From Macrostomum lignano (Eukaryota): a DNA stretch of 64,000 bases. Below are positions 46,007 to 58,019 of this stretch, piece by piece (within the stretch, counting starts at the first letter, position 1; each line of letters opens with the position of its first letter). The position numbers and the translations under genes are program-made. Where the stretch lies: positions 310,001-374,000 of the forward strand of contig NIVC01000275.1 in NCBI GenBank assembly GCA_002269645.1, in the 5' to 3' direction. The notes below the pieces were generated by a model that made no database searches, was not told the DNA's origin, and saw nothing but the letters and a program-made list of their open reading frames with translations.

Positions 46007-46966
46007 TCAATGGTTAGTGTTTATCATGTAATGCTCATAGCAACAAGTCCTCTGCACTTTGAGCGATGCTACTGATGGGAAAAACACTGAGAGAGGATTC
46101 TTGTGCCACTTCCAAGTGCGAAAGCCAAGCTTAAATAGGCCTCGCCAAATCCGAATCAAGCGCGCATAGTCGCTCTTCTTTTTCACGAGTTCACTAGTGC
46201 GCGATTTGAAGATGAGCTGCTTCACATTCTTCAGGCACCCTTCGTTAAAAGCCTTTTCAAAGCTGGCCCACTCCCAGTGCTCAACGTCGATTTTCAGTAT
46301 GTCGATCTTTTTGTTCTCGTAGCCCAGCTCGTAAACCAGCGTGCATAGAGTTCGCATTTTCCAGCCATTGCTGTCCACCTTAGTCTCAGATGAAATGCCA
46401 ATTCGATAGAACCTCGATGTCTTCTTCCTCTGATGGTCGTTCACATTAACCTTGCTTGGATCGAACATGTACACGTTGCAATGATACTTTTCGGCGAGAG
46501 TGTCGTCGTACTCCCAAGCATTGTCGATTCCCAGTGAGAAGGCGACGCACGGCTTGCTCTCCGTGATGTTGAAGGGCCGGATGAAACAGACATCCCAGCC
46601 TCCATCGTCGGAATTCCCGATGCGGATGCTGTAGGGGCAGCGGACGTGCTTCTGTTCCAAAATGCTAAAGTACATGACTTCAAGCTGCGCGGGAGTTAGC
46701 GAGGCCAGATTCGTCTTGAGAACAGCATCCGCTAGGTTGAAATCTTTCGCTTTGCGGACATCAAGCCAGGAAGAGTGACTTGCTCTCCGCTTTGAGGCAT
46801 CTGTTCCTACTTCAGTTCTTTCAACATCATCTGTGGCTTCGGCCTTAACTGCGCTGCAGCTCAGGCCGAGTCTGCGGTGAATAGTGACGATCACAATCAG
46901 TGAAGTGATGAATAATGTAACAGAGAGAAATGCACTGGGCAAAGAGACCGTATTGGAGACCCTCAT
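46007..46966 (-). CDS. METTL24: METTL24-like (Methyltransf_22/FkbM-type) methyltransferase with N-terminal membrane anchor, 319 aa, single exon
   Basis: RIGNSDDGGWDVC, CVAFSLGIDNAWEYDD, CNVYMFDPS, WKMRTL, IDILKIDVEHWEW, LKNVKQL, CCYEHYMINT; hydrophobic N-terminus FLSVTLFITSLIVIVTI. Confidence 0.85.
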   Translation of the reverse strand: MRVSNTVSLPSAFLSVTLFITSLIVIVTIHRRLGLSCSAVKAEATDDVERTEVGTDASKRRASHSSWLDVRKAKDFNLADAVLKTNLASLTPAQLEVMYFSILEQKHVRCPYSIRIGNSDDGGWDVCFIRPFNITESKPCVAFSLGIDNAWEYDDTLAEKYHCNVYMFDPSKVNVNDHQRKKTSRFYRIGISSETKVDSNGWKMRTLCTLVYELGYENKKIDILKIDVEHWEWASFEKAFNEGCLKNVKQLIFKSRTSELVKKKSDYARLIRIWRGLFKLGFRTWKWHKNPLSVFFPSVASLKVQRTCCYEHYMINTNH

Positions 46967-47672
46967 GTTTACTAAAAATCGATGCCTGTAACTATTTAAG
47001 CTTTTTAAAACATGCTTTATTGCTTGCTGTCGTCTTTTTGTATTCTTTCAGGATAAAAATTGACTTTAATAACACACAAGAGTGGAATTCTACTTGCTTG
47101 GAATGGAATCTCAAGAGTCATACATGTACGTATGGTGTGAGTAGGCTTGTATCAAAAAAATGTTTAACCATGACTTTATCGATTATACAGAAACATAATT
47201 CAAAACTTAGTTGCTACAGGAGTTCGGTTGATACCAACTGCCTCGCATTTTTGCGCAGGTTTCAGGAATGCAACTTTCATGCCTTCATGACTGCTTTGAT
47301 TGAGAGTTCGATGTAAAAGTACTTGTGCTTGTATGCTGAACCTATCTTACATGATCTATGAAAGTAAGATGCTGATTAATACCCGTACAGGAACAGTGAA
47401 AACAAATATTCCCTGAGATCACTGATTGCTTCTATACCTTCTTTGAGGCCTTTTTCCTTCTTTCAAGTCAAGATCGACTTGGTCGGGCAACCAAATCCCC
47501 CACTTTGTGTATAAATTATTACAAATATCAAATAAACTCAATGCAAGAAGGAAATAGATGTAAACTGATGCCAATCATAGCAGCAGTAATGGAACCTGCA
47601 GTTGTATTTATTTTCTATATGAATTTCTATATGAAATGCAATTTTGCGGTCGGATTGGATTATCTCCCTTCC

Positions 47673-49302
47673 TTACGCTTCTTCTAGAAGAATTGGTTCT
47701 CCGGTGTCTGGACTGGCCAGCAGAAAGTCGGGACTGTCAGCTGGGCGCTGCAGGCCCCAATGTACCCGCGGGACGCTACAGATGCGACTCTCCAGCGCCT
47801 GCAGCAGTCGCGCATCGTCTGAGAGCGCACTGAAGATGGGCAAGATTGGCTCTGCTGGGCTTCTATCAGCGGTAGAACTGAACTCTCGCGCTCGCTTCGA
47901 CAGCAGACGATAGAGTGCCAGCGCCGCGCCTATGGCCACCAGAAGGCAGCCAAGTGTGGCGGCGACTGGAGCCAACCAGACTCGAACTCCGTTGGAAGCC
48001 TCGCTGACGCTCTTCCGGCGTTTATCGCAGAGCTGCCGCCGCAGTGTGGTAAAGTTTGCCGGATCCACCAGATCGGGTCGGCACCTCAGCTTGTTGATTT
48101 GCAGTTGGCGCCAACCAGAGCAGCCTTTCTGCCTGCCGACTGTCATTCATTAGGGCAGTAGGTTCGAGTAGTAAGTAAAAGTTCACTTTTTGGACTGCAG
48201 CAGTGTGGATATGGTTTTAGTTGCTATGGCCAACCTGGTCTCTGCTTAAATATGGAATATGGCCGTGGTTGCTATGGGGAATCCAATTTTGGTTCCCAGG
48301 GCGTACTGGAACTCACTTGCAATTTCGCACTCCTGCTCTGGAGTTGCAGCATCACAATGCCCAGTTGCCGATGATGAGCCACTATGATTTAACAGTTGTT
48401 CAACCTGCAGACGAAATCGCGCATATTAGAGTTAAACGGGTGACATATTTAATTTTATTGTAGTACAGATTCGATGTAAAAGCAGCTTATAGTTAGCATA
48501 CCTTCCATCGGTACGGATACTGACACTTCAAGTACTCCGATGGTACCCTGAAGACCAACTGACGCAGCACTGGTTGACCATGCGATGAAACTAGTCGCGT
48601 CTGGAAACAGAACGAGTAGACATTCAGATCTTATATCTATATACTTTTAGTTGGTTTGCAGGGGCTTCTCGGCACTGGTAAGGTGACAGCGACGCTTTCA
48701 TAAGCTCGAGCTTCATGAGAGCTTAAGTTAGAAAAACAACAAAATTTCTAGCACTACTTCCAGAGATTGTGAGGTGACCGACATGTTTACAGTTTTCGAC
48801 AATGGGAAAAGTTCGAGCTTGTGCAGTTTCGAGTTTTTTGAGGGGAATCAGCAAGACCCTTCGACGACTTGAAGTTTTTAGCTGGTAACATTATTTTCTC
48901 TTTCGTAATGAGATTCTGTAATGCAGGTAAAAGTCCACCTTGGTTGTATTTCCCAGCACAATCCTCATCCAGTGGCTGTCGTAGCTGTTGTAAAACTCGA
49001 GGCAAACTTGCCAACTCGATGCTGTTGAATTGCTGTTGCTGCTGTCACTGGCAGTTCTTGCTGGCATGAGGATGTGCAGAAATTCTCTTTGGTTGCAGAC
49101 CATCGCCAGCGGAAGCAGCGACTCTGCAAGCCGATGCGATGCAAAAGCAATTTGTTTTTAGTCTATACTGAAAAAGACTGCATGCTTTGCAGTCTTGGAA
49201 ATTGAACTGCTCACCTTGCAGACCGTTGGCATTCAATGACAGAGCCGTTAGTAGCAACAGGCATGGCAGTTGCAGGTCTCTGAGTCCGACTGCTGCCGTC
49301 AT
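47673..49302 (-). CDS. Orphan single-pass type I membrane protein, ~308 aa, 5 exons
   Basis: Exons 49302-49215, 49123-48939, 48600-48502, 48404-48317, 48139-47673 join through GT-AG introns (phases 1, 0, 0, 1) into 927 nt with no internal stop. Signal peptide (LPCLLLLTALSLNANG), Cys-bearing ectodomain, TM (VWLAPVAATLGCLLVAIGAALALY), cytoplasmic tail. Confidence 0.72.
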
Positions 49303-49639
49303 ATTGTGCAGAGCAGGCAATACACGAGCAAGCCCTTAGCCAAATTCAAATGCCTCTTTCGGTGTGCGCTATCTTCTATTTTTATAACCACCAGGCGACA
49401 CAATTGCGCCGCACTTGCTTTCTTTTTTCAAGCCTGAGCCGCCAGTACAAACAAATATGTTGAGTTTGCTTGCCTCTCTCTTTCTCTTCTTCTACCTCTT
49501 AATTGTGCTCAAGACGCCGCACATTGTCAGTCAAACTCTGCAGCAGTTTTATTGGCAGGAGGCATTTGACCCGCTGCATCTGGCATACACACACGCTCAG
49601 AAATTCAAACTCCACAGCTTTCTACATGGTTTGGATCAA

Positions 49640-50045
49640 ATCTCTCTCTAATCTCCCCTGTCTCTCTCCCTCATCTTTCCATCTCTGATCCCTCTGATCT
49701 CTCTGTGTCTCTCCCACATCTCTCAGTCTCTCTCTTTCTCTCATCTCTCCGTCTCTCTCTTTCTCACATCTCTCCGTCTCTCTCTTTCTCTCATCTCTGC
49801 GTCTCTCTCCCTCATCTCTCCGTCTCTCTCTCTTTCTCTCATCTCTCCGTCTCTCTACCTCATCTCTGCGTCTCTCTCCCACATCTCTCCGTCTCTCTCT
49901 CACATCTCTCCGTCTCTCTACCTCATCTTTCCCACCTCTCCCTCATCTCTCAGTCTCTCACCTTCATCTCTCAGTCTCTCTCCCTCACCTCTCAGTTTCT
50001 CTCCCACATCTCTCAAGTCTCTCTCTCATCTCTCCTTCTCTCTCC
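49640..50045. repeat. CT-rich low-complexity tract
   Basis: CATCTCTCCGTCTCTCTC-like units. Confidence 0.85.
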
Positions 50046-50505
50046 CACCTCAATCTACAACAATGCAAACGTCAAATCAATAATCGCGGCGCACACTCAG
50101 TCCCTCCACTTCCTTCCCTCTGTACAATATAATACAACAGGCCCCCAAATGGCGCACGAACCAAGCAGCCATCAAATTTTAGTCAAGCTGCAGGCGCGGT
50201 CCCGTGCAGACACACTGAGCCAATCTCTTTCCACCTGTCAGGCCACTCCCCAATTGCGGAAGACGCTTCCCAAACGGCCCGCCAAGCAATATTAGGCTGG
50301 AGGTACACAAGAGCCACGGATATATGCGCGCACACGTCTGACTCTTGCGGCTTCCGGACTTGAGACGCCATCGCTGCTGCAGAGTCTGAAGTATTTGCCA
50401 AATTCAGTTTTCATCATCCTGGAGTGCTTCTATCCATCGTGTAAGCAACGTCCTTAATAATTGCAGTGGCTGAGCAGTAGGAAGATGAGAACAGTACTGC
50501 AGCGT

Positions 50506-52572
50506 CCCCCTCTCACCCTGTCTCCCTCTCATCCCGTCTCCCTCTCATCCCGTCTCCCTCTCACCCTGTCTCCCTCTCATCCCGTCTCCCTCTCACCCTG
50601 TCTCCCTCTCATCCCGTCTCCCTCTCACCCTGTCTCCCTCTCACCCTGTCTCCCTCTCACCCTGTCTCCCTCTCACCCTGTCTCCCTCTCACCCTGTCTC
50701 CCTCTCACCGTCTCCCTCTCACCCTGTCTCCCTCTCATCCCGTCTCCCTCTCATCCCGTCTCCCTCTCACCCTGTCTCCCTCTCATCCCGTCTCCCTCTC
50801 ACCCTGTCTCCCTCTCATCCCGTCTCCCTCTCACCCTGTCTCCCTCTCACCCTGTCTCCCTCTCACCCTGTCTCCCTCTCACCCTGTCTCCCTCTCACCC
50901 TGTCTCCCTCTCACCGTCTCCCTCTCACCCTGTCTCCCTCTCATCCCGTCTCCCTCTCACCCTGTCTCCCTCTCACCCTGTCTCCCTCTCACCCTGTCTC
51001 CCTCTCACCCTGTCTCCCTCTCACCCTGTCTCCCTCTCACCGTCTCCCTCTCACCCTGTCTCCCTCTCACCCTGTCTCCCTCTCACCCTGTCTCCCTCTC
51101 ACCCTGTCTCCCTCTCACCGTGTCTCCTTCTCACCCTGTCTCCCTCTCACCCTGTCTCCGTCTCATCCTGTCTCCCTCTCATCCCGTCTCCCTCTCACCC
51201 TGTCTCCCTCTCACCCTGTCTCCCTCTCACCCTAGCTCCCTCTCACCCTGTCTCCCTCTCACCGTGTCACCCTCTCACCCTGTCTCCCTCTCACCCTGTC
51301 TCCCTCTCACCGTGTCTCCCTCTCATCCCGTCTCCCTCTCACCCTGTCTCCCACTCACCCTGTCTCCCTCTCACCCTGTCTCCCTCTCACCCTGTCTCCC
51401 TCTCACCCTGTCTCCCTCTCACCCTGTCTCCCTCTCACCCTGTCTCCCTCTCACCCTGTCTCCCTCTCACCCTGTCTCCCTCTCACCCTGTCTCCGTCTC
51501 ATCCTGTCTCCCTCTCATCCCGTCTCCCTCTCACCCTGTCTCCCTCTCACCCTGTCTCCCTCTCACCCTGTCTCCCTCTCACCCTGTCTCCCTCTCACCC
51601 TGTCTCCCTCTCACCCTGTCTCCCTCTCACCCTGTCTCCCTCTCACCCTGTCTCCCTCTCACCCTGTCTCCCTCTCACCCTGTCTCCCTCTCACCCTGTC
51701 TCCCTCTCACCCTGTCTCCCTCTCACCCTGTCTCCCTCTCACCCTGTCTCCCTCTCACCGTGTCTCCTTCTCACCCTGTCTCCCTCTCACCCTGTCTCCG
51801 TCTCATCCTGTCTCCCTCTCATCCCGTCTCCTTCTCACCCTGTCTCCCTCTCACCCTGTCTCCCTCTCACCGTGTCTCCCTCTCACCCTGTCTCCCTCTC
51901 ACCCAGTCTCCCTCTCACCCTGTCTCCCTCTCACCCTGTCTCCCTCTCACCGTGTCACCCTCTCACCCTGTCTCCCTCTCACCCTGTCTCCCTCTCACCG
52001 TGTCTCCCTCTCATCCCGTCTCCCTCTCACCCTGTCTCCCTCTCATCCCGTCTCCCTCTCACCCTGTCTCCCTCTCATCCCGTCTCCCTCTCATCCCGTC
52101 TCCCTCTCATCCCGTCTCCCTCTCATCCCGTCTCCCTCTCACCCTGTCTCCCTCTCATCCTGTCTCCCTCTCACCCTGTCTCCCTCTCACCCTGTCTCCC
52201 TCTCACCCTGTCTCCCTCTCACCCTGTCTCCGTCTCACCCTGTCTCCCTCTCACCCTGTCTCCCTCTCACCCTGTCTCCCTCTCACCCTGTCTCCCTCTC
52301 ACCCTGTCTCCCTCTCACCCTGTCTCCCTCTCACCCTGTCTCCCTCTCACCCTGTCTCCCTCTCACCCTGTCTCCCTCTCACCCTGTCTCCCTCTCATCC
52401 CGTCTCCCTCTCATCCCGTCTCCCTCTCATCCCGTCTCCCTCTCACCCTGTCTCCCTCTCATCCCGTCTCCCTCTCACCCTGTCTCCGTCTCATCCCGTC
52501 TCCCTCTCATCCCGTCCCCTCTCACCCTGTCTCCCTATCACCCTGTCTTCCTCTCACCGTGTCTCCCTCTCA
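50506..52572. repeat. 16-bp pyrimidine minisatellite (TCTCCCTCTCACCCTG), ~129 copies
   Basis: Direct tandem array; source of the 718/488/249-aa artefact ORFs. Confidence 0.97.
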
Positions 52573-52958
52573 GCTCTGTCTCTTAAGCGCCATTGCACCA
52601 AAAAGCCATCAGCTTGAATAGAATCAGTTCAACCGAATTCGTTATGAGCTCTGCAAAAGCAGAAAAGCTGCAGGTTGGCAATTTCTATCTTTAGGCCTTT
52701 TCCGCATGGCTAATTGAGATTGCCATTGGAAATGATTTATGCTATTCGGATATATTTAGCAAAAATATCGCAGAGCTAGTTTAAAATCAATGATGAGCCT
52801 GGATCGCTTGCTTTTTTATTGCAGATAAAATTGATGATATTTTTAATGAAAACGGCTCTGGGAAGAGAGATTAGAGAGAGATCAATATACTGGCATGTAT
52901 TGCACAGTATGAAAAAGTGAAAGGATTGCTAGTCTAACCAATAGGTTAATAGCGATCA

Positions 52959-54062
52959 GTGGATAATTTATCATTAGATGCCGTCAAGTATGACGTCATT
53001 TTCATAGGCAATCAAACAAGATTTGCGCTGCAGAACTCATATGGGTCTTTGGTGGGGTTGGCGTCACCACAAAGATTGCACATGCCTGGCGATGGAAAGT
53101 CAGACCCGCTGTACACCCTGTGTGCGTGTCGACTATCGCCTTGCTTTCCGGCAGTGGCTAAGCTGCCCCCACTGCGAGCTCATCAAGTCCCAGAGCAGAT
53201 TGATCAAAGCAATTTTGCCTCCTCCTTTCCGAAACACCCAGCGGTCCTCCCGGATCCGGTCAGCCAGCTGAGCTCTCGGCGCCGCCTGCAGCAGCGGCCG
53301 CTGTCGCCCAGCAGCCACCGGCTGGCGCAGATCGCTCGCGATGTCGATATCCTGCGCCGGCGCCGAGGCCGCAGCCCGCCAGCCGTCGGCTGCGTTCGCG
53401 GCCGTGGCCTCGCCTCCGCGCCCGCCGCCGCGCCCTCAGCAGCCGGGCCGAGCCGCTGCGCTGCGCCGGTTCGCTCGGCGAACTCCAACCCGACAGTCGC
53501 ACGCGAATCGTCAAGCGGTGCCGAACTCGCGCCCCAATCGACGGCGCTGATCTTCGCTGACGGCTTCGCCGGTCCTGCCGATGTCGATCGGTTGCGCGAG
53601 CGGGGGTCTCGACGGCAGGCGCCTCAGAGACCGCTGCGGAAGTCGCCTCTCCCGCCGCCACAGCCGCTGCCTCTGGTGGTCCCGGAGCTGCTGGTTGAGT
53701 CCGCGGCTTCCAGCAGTGGCTACAGCCATCGCCGGACGGTTTCGGCTGTCGCCTTCGAGGCCCCCAGCTCTGCCGCCTTCATTCGCCGGGAGCCGCTGCT
53801 CGGCGTCAGGAGGAGTCGAACTGCTTTCAGTTGCCGACGAGGCGCTGCCGCCGCTCCGGCTACGACGACACCGCCAGCCTGGCCGACTTCGCCGCAAGGC
53901 ACCTCAGCCGGCGACTGCCTGCGAGTGTCCGCCGCGCTGCCGCCGCGTTATCGACGCTGCGCATCGCAGCCATCGACGGCGGCGGCGCTGTGCGAGCTGG
54001 CCGAGGACACCTGGGCGCAGCCGAGAAATCCCGTGAATTCGCCTGAGCCTCCAGCCTACTGA
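52959..54062 (+). CDS. Hypothetical Ser/Pro/Arg/Ala-rich protein (true start uncertain; ATG at 53081 is an alternative)
   Basis: 367-codon non-tandem ORF with the GC-rich composition of the confirmed exons, followed by AT-rich sequence with AATAA-like signals; no domain recognised. Confidence 0.55.
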   Translation: MDNLSLDAVKYDVIFIGNQTRFALQNSYGSLVGLASPQRLHMPGDGKSDPLYTLCACRLSPCFPAVAKLPPLRAHQVPEQIDQSNFASSFPKHPAVLPDPVSQLSSRRRLQQRPLSPSSHRLAQIARDVDILRRRRGRSPPAVGCVRGRGLASAPAAAPSAAGPSRCAAPVRSANSNPTVARESSSGAELAPQSTALIFADGFAGPADVDRLRERGSRRQAPQRPLRKSPLPPPQPLPLVVPELLVESAASSSGYSHRRTVSAVAFEAPSSAAFIRREPLLGVRRSRTAFSCRRGAAAAPATTTPPAWPTSPQGTSAGDCLRVSAALPPRYRRCASQPSTAAALCELAEDTWAQPRNPVNSPEPPAY

Positions 54063-55377
54063 AACGCTTTTCATGCTACTTATAAAGCATAAGTAGTGTG
54101 TAAGGAGTTTTTTGATACTTAAATTTAACGAAGAAATGCATATAAACCTAAACCTAAACATGCGTACATATGTGAAATATTAAAATAAGCTTTATTTAAT
54201 ATGTATTATAATTACTAATTAATAGTCACTAATTACTGTAAGAAAAAAATCTTTGGCAATATATTTCACAGACGTAGCTCAAATTGTGTATTTTTAATTG
54301 TACATAAAAAGGAACTTTTAAGTCTTCAAATATTTGTTTTTTTTAAACTCGAGAGAAGATTCGTTTTATTCGTATTGAACTTATTTCAAAATCATAGATT
54401 TCAAAGAAAACTTGTTTACATCTATTTTTTATCAGTCCATTATGAAACGTTGTATTTTTTCGATGACAGCTCAAGTGAGCACACTGCACCCAATAACTCT
54501 CTCCAGCCATTTCTGGCGGCCCCGCAACTGTTCGAGGCATTCTTTCTCGGATTAAACAGGATTAGAAGTTACAAGCTATTCAAGAGACCACAGCTGGGCT
54601 CGCGGGGCCACTCAACCGAGACGGGGCCATCAAAAGTGGCTTTGTGAGGCTGGGCTGCATTGGTCTGGCGACTTTTGTGTCTGTATTATGCAAAATTTCT
54701 ATTCAATATGACAGTTGAGCTGGCTGCTCCGCCATTGGCCCGGCAGGGCTGGGCTGGCACAGAATATGAGAAGGTGGGAGCGCCGGCGTCTCAGCCCAGC
54801 GGGGGGTTTAAATTCAAGCAAGGCGCCCCAAAGCTCATTAGCGGCCAACTTGCAGCAAAGCATTCGAGAGACAGAGAGGCTCTTTCCCTCTCGTACCCAG
54901 CTGAAGTGCCGTGCGCTTTAATTGACTCAACAGAGCTGCTCAGCTTAATCCCTTGACAACCTACTTCACACTGTGGTACAGCCTGGGCCTCATTCGGTAC
55001 TGCCGGAACTCCAGCAAGCGTTGGCTTAACCAGCTCAGACGGATAAGAAGAAACAACGAAGGGATCCAACAGCTTTACGAAGGCAGGTAGGAAACTTCCG
55101 GTTCTGTGCACCCCGAGTCCTTTCCGAAGTATTCTCTCTCGAAGACATTCCAAATTTGCATCAGGCGGCTGGCCGGTTTCGCAATGGCAGCCTCAAACTG
55201 GCCAATTCTCATTTTCCCAGCTCTCAATGGAGCAGCCAAACAACACGCACAGGTAGAGGCTGTGAGTAAATGAGAGGCGCTGGAATTTCTGCCAGGCAGC
55301 CGCCCCACCCCAAGTTTGCCAACTGAGTCCGCACTGTTTGTTTGGCCTGCTTGCCAAATGGAAGAAGTTGAAGAGGC

Positions 55378-55378
<1 letters not shown>

Positions 55379-55427
<49 letters not shown>
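55379..55427. repeat. (CA)n microsatellite
   Basis: Perfect CA run. Confidence 0.95.
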
Positions 55428-55430
<3 letters not shown>

Positions 55431-55832
55431 TGGGTGGGGACGGAGCAGAAGAGAAAAGCTCAAACTGTCACGGTCCAGTCCGCTCAGGTTGCGAGACTCC
55501 GACCCCAGCCCACCCCACCTGCACACAGCGGAGAGCGGAGGCCCGGTGTGTGCGGATTCCTGCAGCCTCTGAGCGATACCCAAACTCACAAGGCAAGCAC
55601 GTAGCCGCCATCAATCAGGGAGCGGCAGCCGGTGCGCACCACCGTCTACTGCCAAAGAGCCCAATGCATTTTATTTCTTCTTTCCTCTGCTGCTCCGCTG
55701 CTTTCGGTGCGGACCTGAGGCAGTAATTTTTTATTGAATTCTCCTACGCCCTCAGTAGTGAGCGGCTAGCTGAAAATACAGATGGATTTAGAAATTCTCC
55801 ATTTTGTCGGAAATGCTCATCCTGCAGCTTCC

Positions 55833-57173
55833 ATGGCGTCGCGGCAGGCGCACTGGGAGGCGGCACCGGCCCGACGCGCCGTCCCTTCCTCCAGTTGGCA
55901 ACAGCCAGCGATGTCGGCCTCCGAGCAGCTGCAGAGCTACATCGACAGGTTCGAGAAGTCGCAAGCAGCAGAGTCGGCTCCGCCAGTTCATAACGGCTTC
56001 AGTACGCATCAGCAGCAAGGCGCAGCAAAAAATGACGACAAGGACGCGTGGGACTTGCTGTGCGGCCGGCACGGAGCCAGCGACGGTCACGTGAGCGTCA
56101 AGACGCGCTGCATACTGCGAGACGTCGAACGAAAACTGGGCTACACGGAGCCCTGCTACTCTGCACAGGACAGACGTGAGTGAAACTCCAATGCTCATAT
56201 GAACTTTCTGAAATCCAGCACGTCCTCAGCATGACACACCGCAAACAATCCGCTTGCAGTGGACCTGCGCAGCATCTGGCCCAGCATGCACGAGCATCTG
56301 GAGCGGCGCTGGCGTCGTCAGCTGCGCGAACGCTACGAAGATCAGCAGCGCGCCGAGGCTGCAGCTGCGGCAACCGCGGCTGAGGCTTCCGCCCGCGCCG
56401 ACCTGTACAGGTATAGTCGGAAGATCTCAGGCGGTACACGGCGCAGCCGCTTGCCGACGTCGCTAACTCCGCAATCAGAGGCGCCACCGGCTCGGGTGCA
56501 AGCTTCAGCAGACAGCGACGATGAGGACAAGACCGTGGAATGCAGCGACTCGGGGAGGGACGGCGGCGGCGGCGGCTCCTCGCTGGCCGTGGGTGCAACA
56601 GACGCCGCTCGGTGCAGCAAAGAGCGGCTGTGGGGCAGCGACTCCGGCATCGAGCAGTCCTGCAGCGGCGCCGCGGCCGCGACTGCCGCCACCACCGCAG
56701 CTGCAGCTGCCACCTGGCAGAGCGATAATAAAGTATCCAGCGAGGCCGAGGCGACGGACGACCCAAGCGAAGTCGGCGGCTCCTTCGAAGAGCGGATGCG
56801 CTCCTACCGCTGCGTCCTGGAGGCTCACGAGTTGAGCTCGCGACTCCGTCAGCACCTGGAGGCCGCGTGCGCCACAACGGGCAACGGCGGCAAGAAAGTG
56901 CTCAGCGTAGAGGAGAAGGGCCGCATCCGGGACCGGCTGGCTCGGCTGCAAGGGCCGCTGCGAGGCGGCTTCATTCCGTCGGACGATGGCGAGGCAGATC
57001 GCGAGCAGCCGCCGCAGCCGGAGCCTGAGCGAATCACCACCGAGCGGCTGGCTCAGCTGATGAGCTTGGCGCGAGGCCTCTTGCCGAGTCGAGTTGAGGA
57101 AGCTGAAGAGGACAGGCGATGGCCTGTGCTTGATGATGCAGCTGTGGAGGCTGGTCAAGAACCCGGACAGTGA
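55833..57173 (+). CDS. Hypothetical protein, ~418 aa, 2 coding exons, low-complexity with predicted helical segments
   Basis: Exons 55833-56175 and 56260-57173 joined by an 84-nt phase-1 GT-AG intron (AGAC|GTGAGT ... TTGCAG|TGG); GC-rich exon composition. Confidence 0.7.
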
Positions 57174-58019
57174 GGACGTACCAAGCACCTTTTTTAGGAG
57201 CTGCGAGATATCCTTCAAGTATTTTTTGCATTGAACATCCACACATATTACTTGCACCAACGTATAATGCCTCACGCATCAGGTATAATAAATCAAATAT
57301 AAATGTTGGAAAGGCGAACTGATGCAGCTAAAAAGTCCAAGATGCTACTGCTAGTAGGCAAGTACAAGTTTATTCTTGTTATTTTAAATCTCCATCGCGT
57401 CAAAAAGCTATTAAAAGTATTTTGCTACTTTGTTTAAGACGATGAACAGTGTGCGTGAAGTACAGGATTCAATGAGCTACTACTGCTTGTGCACAATGGA
57501 CTCAACTACGGTGAAATAGATAAGAGCCATAAACAGGCCCCTCAACTGAAGGCTTGTCGTTGGATTTCATGCCTTATTTTGAATGCGGCCTAGTTCGAAA
57601 CTTTATCGACATTAAGATAAAAGTACAAGCTAAAAAGCTAGGTTTAATAACAAATTATACAGCATACTGCTGGATTGGGGTTTTCAGCCATGTTGTGCCA
57701 TTTCAAGGACACTGTAAAACATGTACAGTGCGGCATCACTTGGACTAGGACTAGTGATGCGTTTCGTTATTGACACAAATAACTGGCAACAAGCAAAAGG
57801 GAATCACGTTGTATAGGTGAAGGCCTGAGTGCGCAGGTTCATGCTACGGTTAGTACAAGTTAATACGAGCATAAATACATGAAGCTAGTGAAAGTGCTGG
57901 ATTGTATTTACAACGCCCTTGCTTGCCATGATATGTGGACTACATGATGAGTACCTGATACCAGTGTATTACAAGCGTAAATTAGTCAGCGAGAGCGCGT
58001 GAGATCATATTATCGCCGG

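Noticed and set aside
50461-52621. 718/488/249-aa Ser/Pro/Leu ORFs
   Set aside because: Read-through of a 16-bp array that lacks stop codons on that strand.
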